Shown piece by piece: positions 32,296 to 46,143 of a DNA stretch of 64,000 bases (positions are counted from its first letter, which is position 1; the number at the start of each line of letters is the position of its first letter). The notes beneath the pieces were generated by a model. The model was not told the origin of the DNA. It saw nothing but the letters and a program-made list of their open reading frames with translations, and did not search any database. Position numbers and translations under genes: made by a program. The DNA is from Mobula hypostoma (taxonomy: Eukaryota): contig NC_086097.1 of assembly GCF_963921235.1 (NCBI RefSeq), forward strand, positions 227,046,001-227,110,000. The letters run 5' to 3'.

Positions 32296-35200
32296 GGGGT
32301 AGAGTGGAGGATAGGCAGATGATAGAGAAGGGATGCTGTCAGACCGGAGGTTTGAGATGTGTCTATTTTAACGCAAGGAGTGTTGTGAACAAAGCAGATG
32401 AGCTTAGACCCATGGATCAGTACTTGGAGCTATGATGTGGTGGCCATTACAGAGACTTGGATGGCTCAGGGACAGGAATGGTTACTTCAAATGCTGGGTA
32501 TTAGATGTTTCAGAAAGGACAGGGAGGGAGGCAAAAGAGGTGGGGGCATGGCACTGTTGATCAGAGGTAGTGTCACAGAAACATAGAAACATAGAAAATA
32601 GGTGCAGGAGTAGGCCAGTCAGTCCTTCGAGCCTGCACCGCCATTCAGTATGATTATGGCTGATCATCCAACTCAGAACCCTGTAGCAGCCTTCCCTCCA
32701 TACCCCCGATCCCTTTAGCCACAAGGGCCATATCTAACTCCCTCTTAAATATAGCCAATGAACTGGCCTCAACTGTTTCCTGTGGCAGAGAATTCCACAG
32801 ATTCACCACCCTCTGTGTGAAGAAGTTTTTCCTAATCTCGGTCCTAAAAGGCTTCCCCTTTATCCTCAAACTGTGACCCCTCGTTCTGGACTTCCCCCAA
32901 CATCGGGAACAATCTCCCTGCATCTAGCCTGTCTAATCCCTTTAGGATTTTATACGTTTCAATAAGATCCCCCCTCAATCTTCTAAATTCCAATGAGTAT
33001 AAGCCTAGTCGATCCAGTCTTTCATCATATGAAAGTCCTGCCATCCCAGGAATCAATCTGGTGAACCTTCTTTGTACTCCCTCTATGGCAAGAATGTCTT
33101 TCCTCAGATTAGGGGACCAAAACTGCACACAATACTCCAAGTGTGGTCTCACCAAGGCCTTGTACAACTGCAGTAGTACCTCCCTGCTCCTGTACTCAAA
33201 TCCTCTTGCTATAAATGCCAGCATACCATTCGCCTTTTTCACCGCCTGCTGTACCTGCATGCCCACTTTCAATGACTGGTGTATAATGACACCCAGGTCT
33301 CGTCGCACCTCCCCTTTTTCTAATCGGCCACCATTCAGATATTAATCTGTTTTCCTGTTTTTGCCACCAAAGTGGATAACCTCACATTTATCCACATTAA
33401 ATTGCATCTGCCATGAATTTGCCCACTCACCTAACCTATCCAAGTCACCCTGCATCCTCTTAGCATCCTCCTCACTGCTAACACTGCTGCCCAGCTTCAT
33501 GTCATCCGCAAACTTGGAGATGCTGCGTTTAATTCCCTCATCTAAGTCATTAATATATATTGTAAACAACTGGGGTCCCAGCACTGAGCCTTGCGGTACC
33601 CCACTAGTCACTGCCTGCCATTCTGAAAAGATCCCGTTTATTCCCACTCTTTGCTTCCTGTCTGCCAACCAATTCTCCATCCACATCAATACCTTACCCC
33701 CAATACCTTGTGCTTTAAGTTTGCACACTAATCTCCTGTGTGGGACCTTGTCAAAAGCCTTTTGAAAATCCAAATGTACCACATCCACTGGTTCTCCCCT
33801 GTCCACTCTACTAGTTACATCCTCAAAAAATTCTATGAGATTCGTCAGACATGATTTTCCTTTCACAGATCCATGCTGACTTTGTCCAATGATTTCACCG
33901 CTTTCCAAATGTGCTGTTATCACATCTTTGATAACTGACTCTAGCATTTTCCCCACCACCGATGTTAGGCTAACCGGTCTATAATTCCTCGGTTTCTCTC
34001 TCCCTCCTTTTTTAAAAAGTGGGGTTACATTAGCCACCCTTCAATCCTCAGGAACCAGTCCAGAATCTAAAGAGTTTTGAAAAATTATCACTAATGCGTC
34101 CACTATTTCTTGGGCTACTTCCTTAAGCACTCTGGGATGCAGACCATCTGGCCCTGGGGATTTATCTGCCTTTAATCCCTTCAATTTACCTAACACTACT
34201 TCCCTACTAACATGTATTTCCCTCAGTTCCTCCATCTCACTAGACCCTCTATCCTCTACTATTTCCAGAAGATTATTTATGTCCTCCTTAGTGAAGACAG
34301 AACCAAAGTAGTTATTCAATTGGTCTGCCATGTCCTTGCTCCCCATAATCAATTCACCTGTTTCTTTCTGTAGGGGACCTACATTTGTCTTAACCAATCT
34401 TTTTCTCTTCACGTATTTAGAAAAGCTTTTACAGTCAGTTTTTATGTCCCCTGCTAGTCTTCTCTCATAATCTTTTTTCCCTTTCCTAATTAAGCCCTTT
34501 GTCCTCCTCTGCTGGACTCTGAATTTCTCCCAGTCCTCAGCTGAGCCACTTTTTCTGGCTAATTTGTATGCTTCTTCTTTGGAATTGATACTATCCCTAA
34601 TTTCCCTTGTCAGCCATGGGTGCACTACCTTCCCTGATTTATTCTTTTGCCAAACTGGGATGAACAATTGTTGTAGTTTATCCATGCGATCTTTAAATGC
34701 TTGCCATTGCATATCCACCGTCAACCCTTTAAGTGTCATTTGCCAGTCTATCTTAGCTAATTCACGTCTCATACCTTCAAAGTTACCCTTCTTTAAGTTC
34801 AGAACCTTTGTTTCTGAATTAACCATGTCACTCTCCATCTTAATGAAGAATTCCACCATATTATGGTCACTCTTACCCAAGGGGCCTCTCACGACAGGAT
34901 TGCTAATTAACTCTTCCTCATTGCTCAATATCCGGTCTAGAATAGCCTGCTCTCTAGTTGGTTCCTCGACATGTTAATTCAAAAAACCATCCCGCATACC
35001 TTCCAAGAAATCCTCTTCCTTAGCACCCTTACTGATTTGGTTCACCCAATCTATATGTAGATTGAAGTCACCCATTAGAACTGCTATTCCTTTATTGCAC
35101 GCATTTCTAATTTCTTATTTAATACCATCCCCAACCTCACTACTACTGTTAGGTGGCCTGCACACAACTCCCACCAGCGTTTTCTGCCCCTTACTGTTAT

Positions 35201-38200
35201 GCATCTCCACCCATATCGATTCCACATCCTCCCAGCTAATGTCCTTCATTTCTATTGTGTTAATCTCCTCTCTAACCAGCAATGCTACCCCACCTCCTTT
35301 TCTTTCATGTCTATCCCTCCTGAATATTGAATATCCCTGCATGTTGAGCTCCCATCCTTGGTCACCCTGGAGCCATGTCTCTGTGATCCCAACTATATCA
35401 TACACATTAATAACAATCTGCACTTTTAATTCATCCACTTTGTTACGAATGCTCCTGGCATTGACGCACAAAGCCTTCAGGCTCACTTTTACAACACTCT
35501 TAGCCCTTATACAATTATGTTGAAAAGTGGCCCTTTTTGATTTTTGCCCTGGATTTGCCGGCCTGCCATTTTTACTTTTCACCTTACTACTTTTTGCTTC
35601 TACCCTCAGTTTACACCCCTCTGTCTCTCTGCACTTGTTCCCATCCCCCTGTTGTGAACTAACCTTTGCTCTCCTAGTCTCTTTAATTTGATTCCCACCC
35701 CCCAACCATTCTAGTTTAAAGTCACGTCAGTAGCCCTCGCAAATCTCCCCGTCAGGATATTGGTCCCACTAGGATTCAAGTGTAACTCGTCCTTTTCGTA
35801 CAGGTCACACCTGCGCCAAAAGAGGTCCCAATAATCCAAAAACTTGAATCCCTGCCCCCTGCTCCAATCCCTCAGCCACACATTTATCTGCAGAAAAAGT
35901 GGATGCCATGGAGGGATTGTCTGCGGAGTGTCTGTGGGTGGAGGTCAGGAACAGGAAGGGGTCAATGACTTTACGGGGTGTTTTTTATAGTCGAGGAGCA
36001 GATAGGGAAACAGATCCTGGAAAAGTGTAATAAAAACTGAGTTGTCGTGATGGGAGATTTTAATTTCCCAAATATCGACTGGCATCTCCCTGGAGCAAAG
36101 GGTTTAGATGGGGTGGAGTTTGTTAGATGTGTTCAGAAAGGTTTCTTGACACAATATGTAGATAAGCCTACAAGGGAGAGGCTGTACTTGATTTGATATT
36201 GGGAAATGAACCTGGTCAGGTGTCAGATCTCTCAGTGGGAGAGCATTTTGGAGATAGTGATCATAATTCTATGTCCTTTACAATAGCATTGGAGAGAGAT
36301 AGCAACAGACAAGTTAGAAAAGCGTTTAATTGGAGTAAACAGAATTATGAGGCTATCAGGCAGGAAATTGGAAACTTAAATTAGAAACAGATGTTCTCAG
36401 GGAAAAGTATGGAAGAAATGTGACAAATGTTCAGGGGATATTTGTTTGGTGTTCTGCATAGGTACGTTCCAATGAGACAGGGAAGTTATGGTAGGGTACA
36501 GGAACTGTGGTGTACAAAGGCTGTAATAAATTTAGTCAAGAAGAAAAGAAAAGCTTACAAAAGGTTCAGAGAGCTAGGTAATGTTAGAGATCCAGAAGAT
36601 CATAAGGCTAATAGGAAGGAGCGTAAGAAGGAAATTAGTCAGAGCCAGGAGGGGCCATGAGAAGGCCATGGCGGGCAGGATTAAGGAAAAGCCCATGGCA
36701 TTCTACAAGTATGTGAAGAGCAAGAGGATAAGACGTGAAAGAATAGGACCAATCAAGTGTGACAGTGGGAAAGTGTGTATGGAATCAGAGGAATTAGCAG
36801 AGGTACTGAATGCATACTTTACTTCAGTATTCACTATGGAAAAGGATCTTGGTGATTGTAGTGATGACTTGCAGCAGACTGAAAAGCTTGAGCATGTAGG
36901 TATTAAGAAAGAGGATGTGCTGGAGCTTTTGGAAAGCATCCAGTTGGATAAGTCGCCGGGACTGGATGAGATGTACACTAGGCTACTGTGGGAGGCGAGG
37001 GTGGAGATCGCTGAGCCTCTGTCGATGATCTTTGCATCATCAATGGGGACAGGAGAGTTTCCGGAGGATTGGAGGGTTGCAGATGTTGTTCTTTTATTCA
37101 AGAAAGGGAGTAGAAATAGCCCTGGAAATTATAGACCAGTGAGTCTTACCTCAGTGCCTGGTAAGTTGATGGAGAAGATCCTGAGAGGTGGGATTTATGA
37201 AAATTTGAAGAAGTATAATATGATTAGGAATAGTCAGCATGACTTTGTCAAGGGCAGGTCGTGGCTTACGAGCCTGATTGAATTTTTTGAGGATGTGACT
37301 AAACACATTGATGAAGGAACAGCAGTAGATGTAGTGTATATGGATTTCAGCAAGGCATTTGATAAGGTACCTGATGCAAGGCTTATTAAGAAAGTAAAGA
37401 GGCATGAGATCCAAGCGGAGATTGCTTTGTGGATCCAGAACTGGCTTGCCCACAGAAGGCAAAGAGTGGTTGTAGACGGGTCATATCCTACATGGAGGTC
37501 GGTTCATCAGTGGAGTGCCTCAGATCTTACTCTTCATGATTTTTATAAATGACCTGGATGAGGATGTGGAGTGATGAGTTAGAAAGTTTGCTGATGACAC
37601 AAAGGTTGGAGGTGTTGTGGATAGTGTGGAGGGTGGTCAGAGGTTACAGCAGGACATTAATAGGATGCAAAACTGGGCTGAGAAGTGGCAGGTGGAGTTC
37701 AACCCAGATAAGTGTGAAGTGGTTCACTTTGGTAGGTCAAATATGATGGCAGAAGATAGTATTAATGGTCAGGCTCTTGGCAGTGTGGAGGATCAAAGGG
37801 ATCTTGGGGTCCGAGTCTATAGGACGCTGAAAACAGCTGCACAGGTTGACTTTGTGGTTAAGAAGGCGTACGGTGTATTTGCCTTCACCAATCGTGGAAT
37901 TGAATTTAGGAGCTTTTGAATTTTGAATTTTATGTGCTCAGTTCTGGTCACCTCACTACAGGAAGGATGTGGAAGCTGTAGAAAGGGTGCAGAGGAGATT
38001 TACAAGGATGTTGCCTGGATTGGGGCGCATGCCTTATGAGAATAGGTTGAGTGAACTCGGCCTTTCTCCTTGGAGCATCGTAGGATGAGAGGTGACCTGA
38101 TAGAGGTGTATAAGATGATGAGTGGCATTGATCGTGTGGATAGTCAGAGGCTTTTTCCCAGGGTTGAAATGGTTGCCACAAGAGGACACAGGTGCTGGGG

Positions 38201-38450
38201 AGTAGGTAGAGAGGAGATGTCAGGCGTAAGTTTTTTACTCAGAGAATGGTGAGTTTGTGGAATGGGCTGCCAGCAACGGTGGTGGAGGCAGGTACGATTG
38301 GGTCTCTTCAGAGACTTTTGGATAAGTACATAGAGTTTAGAAAAATAAAGGGCTATAGGTAAGCCTAGTAATTTCTAAGGTAGGGACATGTTCGGCAGAA
38401 CTTTGTGGGCTGAAGGGCCTGTATTGTGCTGTAGGTTTTCTATGTTTCTA
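32296..38450 (+). mobile_element. CR1 LINE ORF2 (plus strand), split by the younger CR1 at 32576-35889
   Basis: APE start VAITETW..RKDREGGKRGGG at 32398-32575 resumes at 35890; RT ORF 36581-37552; (ATGTTTCT)n tail near 38440. Confidence 0.9.
32576..35889 (-). mobile_element. Young CR1 LINE with nearly complete ORF2 (few lesions), 5'-truncated in ORF1
   Basis: ORFs 35115-35705, 34041-34928, 33342-34037 (GVPQGSVLGP, FADD), 32844-33308 and 32654-32923; (AGAAACAT)n tail at 32577. Confidence 0.95.
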
Positions 38451-39324
38451 TGTAGCAAAGAGATCTGAAAATACAAATCCATAATTCATTGAAAGTGGCG
38501 TCATAGGGTCATACAGAAAGCTTTTGGCACATTGGCCTTCATATATCAAAGTACTGAGTCCAGGAGATAGTATCTTATGTTGATGTAGTATAAGGCATTG
38601 TGAGGCCTAATTTTTGAGTATTGTGTGCAGTTTTGATTACCTACCTACAGGAATGACATAAACAAGGTTGAAAGAGTACAGAAAAAATTACAAGGATGTT
38701 GCAAGTCTGGAGGACCTGAATTATAAGAAAAGATTGAATGGGTTAGGACTTCATTCCTTGGAATGTAGAAGATTGACCACACTGAGTAGCTTGTTAACCC
38801 ACCAGCTACCTACACCAGAAGGAAACTCATACTGCGATGGAGAGAATATGCAAACTCCATGTAAACAGTATAGCACATTTTGAATTCAAATCCTCAGACA
38901 ATAAAAGTGAACATACTGCTTCCTAACTGCTTGTTCGACTTTCTTGTTAACATGTAGTAATTCATGTTTAGCATCCCTTTGAAACCAATACCTTCAATTT
39001 GTCACTAAGTAAAGAAGAATACCTGGCTTTTCTATTTTCCTTTCTGCTGAAATCAAGGAACTCGTACTTGTCGTGGCTATATTCTATGTGCCATGTCTTC
39101 ATTTATTCAATTTTCTTGTTTGTTGTTTAATGATAAGTCACCATGCTCAAGTTCGCAAGATACCGTTAACTTCCCTTCTCAGTTCTATAATCCTGAACAA
39201 AAGGCAGGATCTACAGGAGTGTCTGAAGGTTGCTAGATATGGAATCACTGTGCAAATATTTTCATTGTTTCATTGATCTGCCTGTACTTTATTTTAATCA
39301 TTATGTCTTATTAGAGTGAACACT

Positions 39325-42300
39325 ATAAGACCATAAGACCATAAGACAAAGAAGCAGAAGTCGGCCATTCGGCCCATTGAGTCTGCTCATCCATTTTACC
39401 ATGAGCTGATCCATTCTCCCATTTAGTTCCACTCCCCGCCCCTTCTCACCATAACCTTTGATGCCCTGGCTACTCAAATACCTATCAATCTCTGCCTTAA
39501 AAATACCCAGTGACTTGGCCTCCACTGCTGCCCGTGGCAACAAATTCCATAGATTCACTACCCTCTGACTAAAAAAATTTCTTCGCATTTCTGTTCTGAA
39601 TGGGCTCCCTTCAATCCTTAAGTCATGCCCTCTCGTACTAGACTCCCCCATCATGGGAAACAACTTTGCCACATCCACTCTGTCCATGCCTTTCAATGTT
39701 CGAAATGTTTCTATGAGGTCTCCCCTCATTCTTCTAAACTCCAAGGAATACAGTCCAAGAGTGGACAAACGTTCCTCATATGTTAACCCTCTCATTTCCA
39801 GAATCATTCTAGTGAATCTTCTCTGTACCCTCTCCAACGTCAGCACATCCTTTCTTAAATAAGGAGACCAAAACTGCCCACAGTACTCCAAGTGAGGTCT
39901 CACCGGCGCCTCATAGAGCCTCAACATCACATCCCTGCTTCTATACTCTATTCCTCTAGAAATGAATGCCAACATTGCATTCGCCTTCTTTACTACTGAC
40001 TCAACCTGGAGGTTAACTTTAAGGGTATCCTGTACGAGGACTCCCAAGTCCCGTTGCATCTCAGAATTTTGAATTCTTTCCCCATTTAAATAATAGTCTG
40101 CCCGTTTATTTTTTTCTGCCCTGCATAACCATACACTTTCCAACATTGTACTTCATTTGCCACTTCTCTGCCCATTCTTCCAATCTATCCAAGTCTCTCT
40201 GCAGACTCTCTGTTTCCTCAGTACTACCGGCCCCTCCACCTATCTTTGCATCGTCAGCAAACTTAGCCACAAAGCCATCTATTCCATAATCCAAATTGTT
40301 GATGTACAATGTAAAAAGAAGTGGCCCCAACAGGGACCCCTGTGGAACACCACTGGTAACCGGCAGCCAACCAGAATAGGATCCCTTTATTCCCACTCTG
40401 TGTTTCCTGGCAATCAGCCAATGCTCTGTCCACGTATGTAACTTTCCCGTAATTCCATGGGCTGTCATCTTGTTAAGTAGCCTCATGTGTGGCACCTTGT
40501 CAAAGGCCTTCTGAAAATCCAAATATACAATATCCACTGCATCTTCCTTGTCTAGCCTACTTGTAATTTCCTCAAAAAATTGTAATAGGTTTGTCAGGCA
40601 GGATTTTCCTTTAAGGAAATCATGCTGAGTTCTGCCTATCTTGTCATATGCCTCCAGGTACTCTGTAACCTCATCCTTGACAGTCGACTCCAACAACTTC
40701 CCAACCACCGATGTCAAGCTAACAGGTCTATAATTTCCTTTTTGCTTCCTTGCCCTCTTCTTAAATAGTGGAGTGACATTTGCAATCTTCCAGTCCTCCG
40801 GAACCATGCCAGAATCTATTGACTTTTGAAAGATCATCACTAATGCCTCCGCAATCTCCACAGCTACTTCCTTCAGAACATGCGGGTGCTTTCCATCTGA
40901 TCCGGGAAATTTATCTACCTTTAGACTATTCAGCTTCCTGAGTACTTTCTCTGTCGTAATTGTGACTGCGCACATTTCTCTTCCCTGCCACCCTTGTGTG
41001 TCCGGTATACTGCTGATGTCTTCCTCAGTGAAGACTGATGCAAATACTCATTCAGTCCCTCTGCCATCTCCTTATCTCCCATTACAATTTCTCCAGCATC
41101 ATTTTCTATTGGTCCTATATCTACTCTCACCTGTCCTTTACTCTTTATATACTTGAAAAAGCTTTTAGTATCCTCTTTGATATTATTTGCTAGCTTCCTT
41201 TCATAGTTAATCTTTTCCCTCTTAAAGACCTTCTTGGTTTCCTTTTGTAAAGTTTTAAAAACTTCCCAATCCTCTGTCTTCCCACTAATTTTTGCTTCCT
41301 TGTATGCCCTCTCCTTAGCTTTAACTTTGGCTTTGACTTCTCTTGTCAACCACGGTTGCATCCTTTTTCCACTCAAAAATTTCTTCTTTTCTGGAATAAA
41401 CCTGTCTTGCACCTTCCTCACTTCTCGCATAAACTCCAGCCACTGCTGCTGTGCTGTCTTTCCCGCCAGTGTCCCTTTCCAGTCAACTTTGGCCAGTTCC
41501 TCTCTCATGCCATTGTAATTTCCTTTACTCCACTGAAATACTGACACATCGGATTTCAGCTTCTCTTTTTCAAATTTCATGGTGAACTCAGTCATGTTAT
41601 GATCACTCTCTCCTAAGGGTTCCTTCACTTCAATCTCTCTAATCACCTCCGGTTCATTACACAATACCCAATCCAGTACAACCCTAGTGGGCTCAACAAC
41701 AAGCTGTTCTAAAAAGTCAGCTCGCAGACATTCTACAAATTCTCTCTCTTGAGATCCAGTGCCGACCTGATTTTCCCAATCCACTCGCATGTTAAAATCC
41801 CTCACAATTATCATAACACTGCCCTTCTGACAAGCCTTCTCTATTTCCTGTTGTAATTTATGGTCCACATCTCTGCAGTTGTTTGGAGGCCTATAAATAA
41901 CTGCCATCAGCGTCCATTTACCCCTGCGATTTCTTAGCTCAACCCATAAAGATTCTGCACCTTCCGATCCTATATCATCTCTTTCTAATGATTTAATATC
42001 ATTTCTTACCAATAAAGCCACGCCTCTTGCTTACCTTCCTATCTTTCCAATACACCGTGTATCCTTGGATGTTCAGCTCCCAGAGACATGCATCCTTTAG
42101 CCAGATCTCAGTGATAGCCACAATATCATACCTGCCAATCTGTAGCTGTACGACAAGATCATCCACTTTATTCTTTATGCTGCGGGCATTTAAGTATAAC
42201 ACCTTAAGACCAGTGTTTGATACTTTTCGCTTTGATTTCACTGCAACTTTATTGCACTGCAACTCATTCCAATGGCTACAAATTTGCCCCATCACCTGCC

Positions 42301-43713
42301 TGTCTTTCCTGACATCTTTACTGCTCACTATCTTAGATTTATTTCTGTTTTCCCCTTCCTCCGTTCTGTCGTTCCGGTTCCCATCCCCCTGCCAGATTAG
42401 TTTAAACTCTCCCTAACAGCTCTATTAACCTTTCCTGCCAGGATATTGATCTGCTTCGGGTTCAGGTGTAACCTGCCCTTTTTGAACAGGTCATACTTCC
42501 CCCAGAAGAGATCCCAATTATCCAAGAATCTGAAGCCCTGCCCCCTACACCAGTCTCTCAGCCATGCATTCATCTGCCTGATGCTACTATTCTTGCCCTC
42601 GCTAGCACGTGGCACAGGTAGCAATCCTGAGATTACTACCCTGGAGGTCCTGCTTCTCAGCTTCCTTCCTAACTCCTGGAAATCTCTCTTCAGGGATCCT
42701 CCTTTGTCCTATCTATGTCATTAGTACCAACATGTACCAAGACAACTGGCTGCTTTTAAAAAAAACTTATTCGAGTGCAAGAAGGACAAGACTGCGCAGG
42801 CGCGTGATGTCAACAGGACCGCGCAGAGAGTTTAAAAAGGAGACCACCCTATACAGCGGGCAGCCGTCGGAGCAGGCAGCGGAGTAAGTGGGAGCAGAGT
42901 GTAGGGCTTTGGCTTCAACAGGCTTCAGTGGTAAACGGGAAGAGGCAAGAACGAAGCACCAACGCTTTTTTTCTCCCCCCCATCTCCTTTCGCGAATCGG
43001 CCCAGACAGACAGGAACAGCAGGGCTCTCACAGCTAACGGTACGAGCTGACGGTTTAAAAAGTTCGTCTGTTTGGCGAGGTAAGTGGGTGAGTAGACTTA
43101 TTTTTCCTGTTTCATTCCTGTTGAATTAGGTAGCATGCCTGCAGGGTTAGTACTTTGTTCAAGGTGTCAGATGTGGGAATCCTGGGAGACCTCCAGCCTC
43201 CCTGATGGCCACATCTGCGCCAGGTGCACCGAGATGCAGCTCCTCAGAGACCGTGTTAGGGATCTGGAGCTGCAGCTTGATGACCTACTGCTTATTAGGG
43301 GAAGTGAAGAGGTGATAGACAGGAACTACAGGAAGGTAGTCATCCCTAGGCTACAGGGGTCAGAAAACTGGGTCACTGTCAAGAGAGGGAAGGGAGATGC
43401 CTGGATAGTGGAGAGCACACCTGTGGCTGTCCCCCTCAGCAACAAATATCATATTCTGGATGCTGTTGAGAGGGATGACCTGACGGGACACCCACGGTGA
43501 CCTGGTCTCTGGCACTGAGCCTGGCGCTGTTGTGCAGGAGAGAAAGAGGGACAAGAGAAATGCAGTAGTCGTAGGGGATTCCATAGTTAGGGGAACGGAC
43601 AGGAGATTCTGTGAGCCTGATAGAGACACCTGCATGGTGTGTTGCCTCCCAGGTGCCAGGGTACGGGATGTCTCGGATCGGGTCCTGAATATTCTGAAGG
43701 GGGAGGGTGAGCA
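39325..43713 (-). mobile_element. Full-length CR1 LINE with an inverted 5' segment (42755-43713 on +)
   Basis: (ATAAGACC)n tail; ORF2 pieces 39301-42328; ORF1 end to 42754 on -; 5' UTR and ORF1 start MPAGLVLCSRC..CARC on +. Confidence 0.92.
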
Positions 43714-44772
43714 TATATATTCCTTCAGAATATATTTGTTGATTATTGTATAGTGTAATATACATATTACCTTTATTTAGGGTTGGAAATGAACCTGGAA
43801 TAAAGCGGTAATAGTCCTTGGGTAGGTTACACTGGTAACACACAAAGCTGTATGACATGCTAAACGAGGGATGAAATACACAGTTTAAGTGGGCCACAGA
43901 TGCGAATCTTCAATAAAGATTTGGCCTCATGAGAGAAACTTGAATACTTCTGTGTCTCAAGTTTCACTTGATTATTTTACATCATCGTCATCATTATGTG
44001 CCATGTCATATGACATGAGCAATCACTGTCTTCCATCTGTCTTTAATCTGAGAAGTTCTAACCATCTCTACAAAACCTTTGCCTGTCCATCCCTTGATGT
44101 AACTCATGGATGCCATGTGCTGTCAACCATGACTTTTCCTTCCATCAGTTTTTCCTGCAAGATGTTTGAGCTTCTCTTTCCTGAGTACATGTCCCGAACA
44201 TGTATTTTATATACACTTACATATATACATGTAATCTTAATTCTTATTTTTTGTAGCTGAAGGGATGTGGTAAGTGTTTTGAATTTCAAGCTCTGCTTTA
44301 TTATTGAAATTGTGGTTTTTGATCACTGATGCCATGAGTTTTAAATTGTCACTATTCTGTATGTGAAAACAACAACAGTAATGTCTGTTTGCATGTGTGT
44401 GGGCATGTTTGACAGGATTGAGTGGGCAGGATTGCAAAATTGACATGAAAGTGTAGCACTTGAAGTGTGAAGTTGCAATACAAAATACTCTGAGACATAC
44501 TCTATGTTATAATACCTAATATATTCTGACTGTCTAATTCCATATTCTTCTCTAAAGAACTTTAGAGTACCCTCTGAGAAAATTTGCAAATGTCTCTTAG
44601 TCATAAAGCTATGCTGAGCAGAAAATAGGCCCTTCAGCCCAAATTGTTCAAGCTTACGAAGTTGCCTAAACCTGTGCTAGTCCCATTTGCCTCTGTTTGA
44701 TCTATATCCTTCTAAATCTTTCCAATCATGTACCTGTCCAAGTTGGATCCTTGACCTCACAGTCCACCAATA

Positions 44773-45346
44773 CAGACATCCCACCTCTCCCGGAAGTTCC
44801 GGAAGTCTCCCGCATATGAATAGTGGCTCCCTGATGCCAGCAAATTATATACAATATCACGGAAATCAATTTTTTTGAGAGTGAGAGAGCGAGAGCAAGC
44901 AAGCGAGAGCGTGAGAGAGTGAGAGAGAAAGCAAGCGAGAGGGCGCGAGCAACCACGAGAGAGAGAGCGCGTGAGTGAGAGAGGGAGCGAGAGCGCGCCA
45001 TGGCAGAATGTTTCAAAAAAAAAAGAAAATATAAAACGTACGTCACCCCAGACTACACTAAAGTGTACCCCTGCCTAATAGGGGTCAAAAATAATGATAG
45101 TGTTGCTCACTGCGCTGTTTGCAACAGTGACTTTTCTATTGCCCATGGTGGGTTAAGACTGTAAAAGACATGTTGAGGTGAGTTTAACAGGTGTCATTCG
45201 TTCATTAGCATAGCTAACGTTATTTAAACTAGCTGGCTAGCTGCTGAGGAGCTACTCTATTGCAGACATCCCACCTCTCCCAGAAGTCTCCCGCAAATTG
45301 ATGATGCTAACTCCCTGAAATCAGTTTTTGCAGGGTGGGATGTCTG
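44773..45346 (+). mobile_element. Non-autonomous hAT-type element, copy 2
   Basis: Same TIRs and body as 27057-27683; flanked by the 6-bp duplication CCAATA. Confidence 0.85.
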
Positions 45347-46143
45347 CCAATAGCTTGTCCCGGTCAACGACATAGGTGCTACACCAAAGAAAATTTACTA
45401 ATATCTCTACCTCATGAGAAGGCTAAGGAGATTTGTCAAACCTTATAAATTTTTATCAATACAGCAGAGAAAGCATTCTGTGCAAAGGACCGTGGCTTGG
45501 TGTGGCACCTGCTCTACCCTTGACGGCAAAAGAGGTGCGGAGTTTGGACATAGCTCAGCACATCACAGAAATTGGCCTCCTCACTGTGGACTCTGGCTAT
45601 ACTATTTGCTGCCTCACAGTCTGCCTTGTTACGATCATACACCTTATTGCTTACCTGCATTGCACTTCTCTGTAGGTACTACACTTTATTCTGCATTGTT
45701 ATTCTTTTATCTTGTTTCACGTCAGACCATGGAGTAATGAGTTGATTTGAACTGTTTGCTTTTCCTGTATCTCAATATATGTGATGGTAATAAACCATTT
45801 CTAATCGTCTTTTAAATACCATATTTGTACCTGCCTTTACCACTTTATGTGGGAGCACATTTCATAATGAGTCACCTTCTGTGTGGAAAAAGTTGCCCCT
45901 CAACTTCCATTTAAACCTTGCCTCTCTCATTTTAAATTGTTGACCTACAGTTTTTGGCTCTACTACCCCGTGGAAATGATTGTGGCTATTCACTTTATCT
46001 ATGTGGCTCATGATTTTATGTATAATAATAAAAAAAATTGGTTTTATATCTAGTAATCCAGACAACAGTGAGATTTTTCATCAATTATTCTCATGTTGTC
46101 TAAGTCAAAGAATTTTACTGAGTAATAGAGGAATCAAAATTAC

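Noticed and set aside
32576..35889. Active autonomous CR1
   Set aside because: ORF2 has stops and frameshifts (near 34980, 34040, 33340 and 32920) and ORF1 is truncated.
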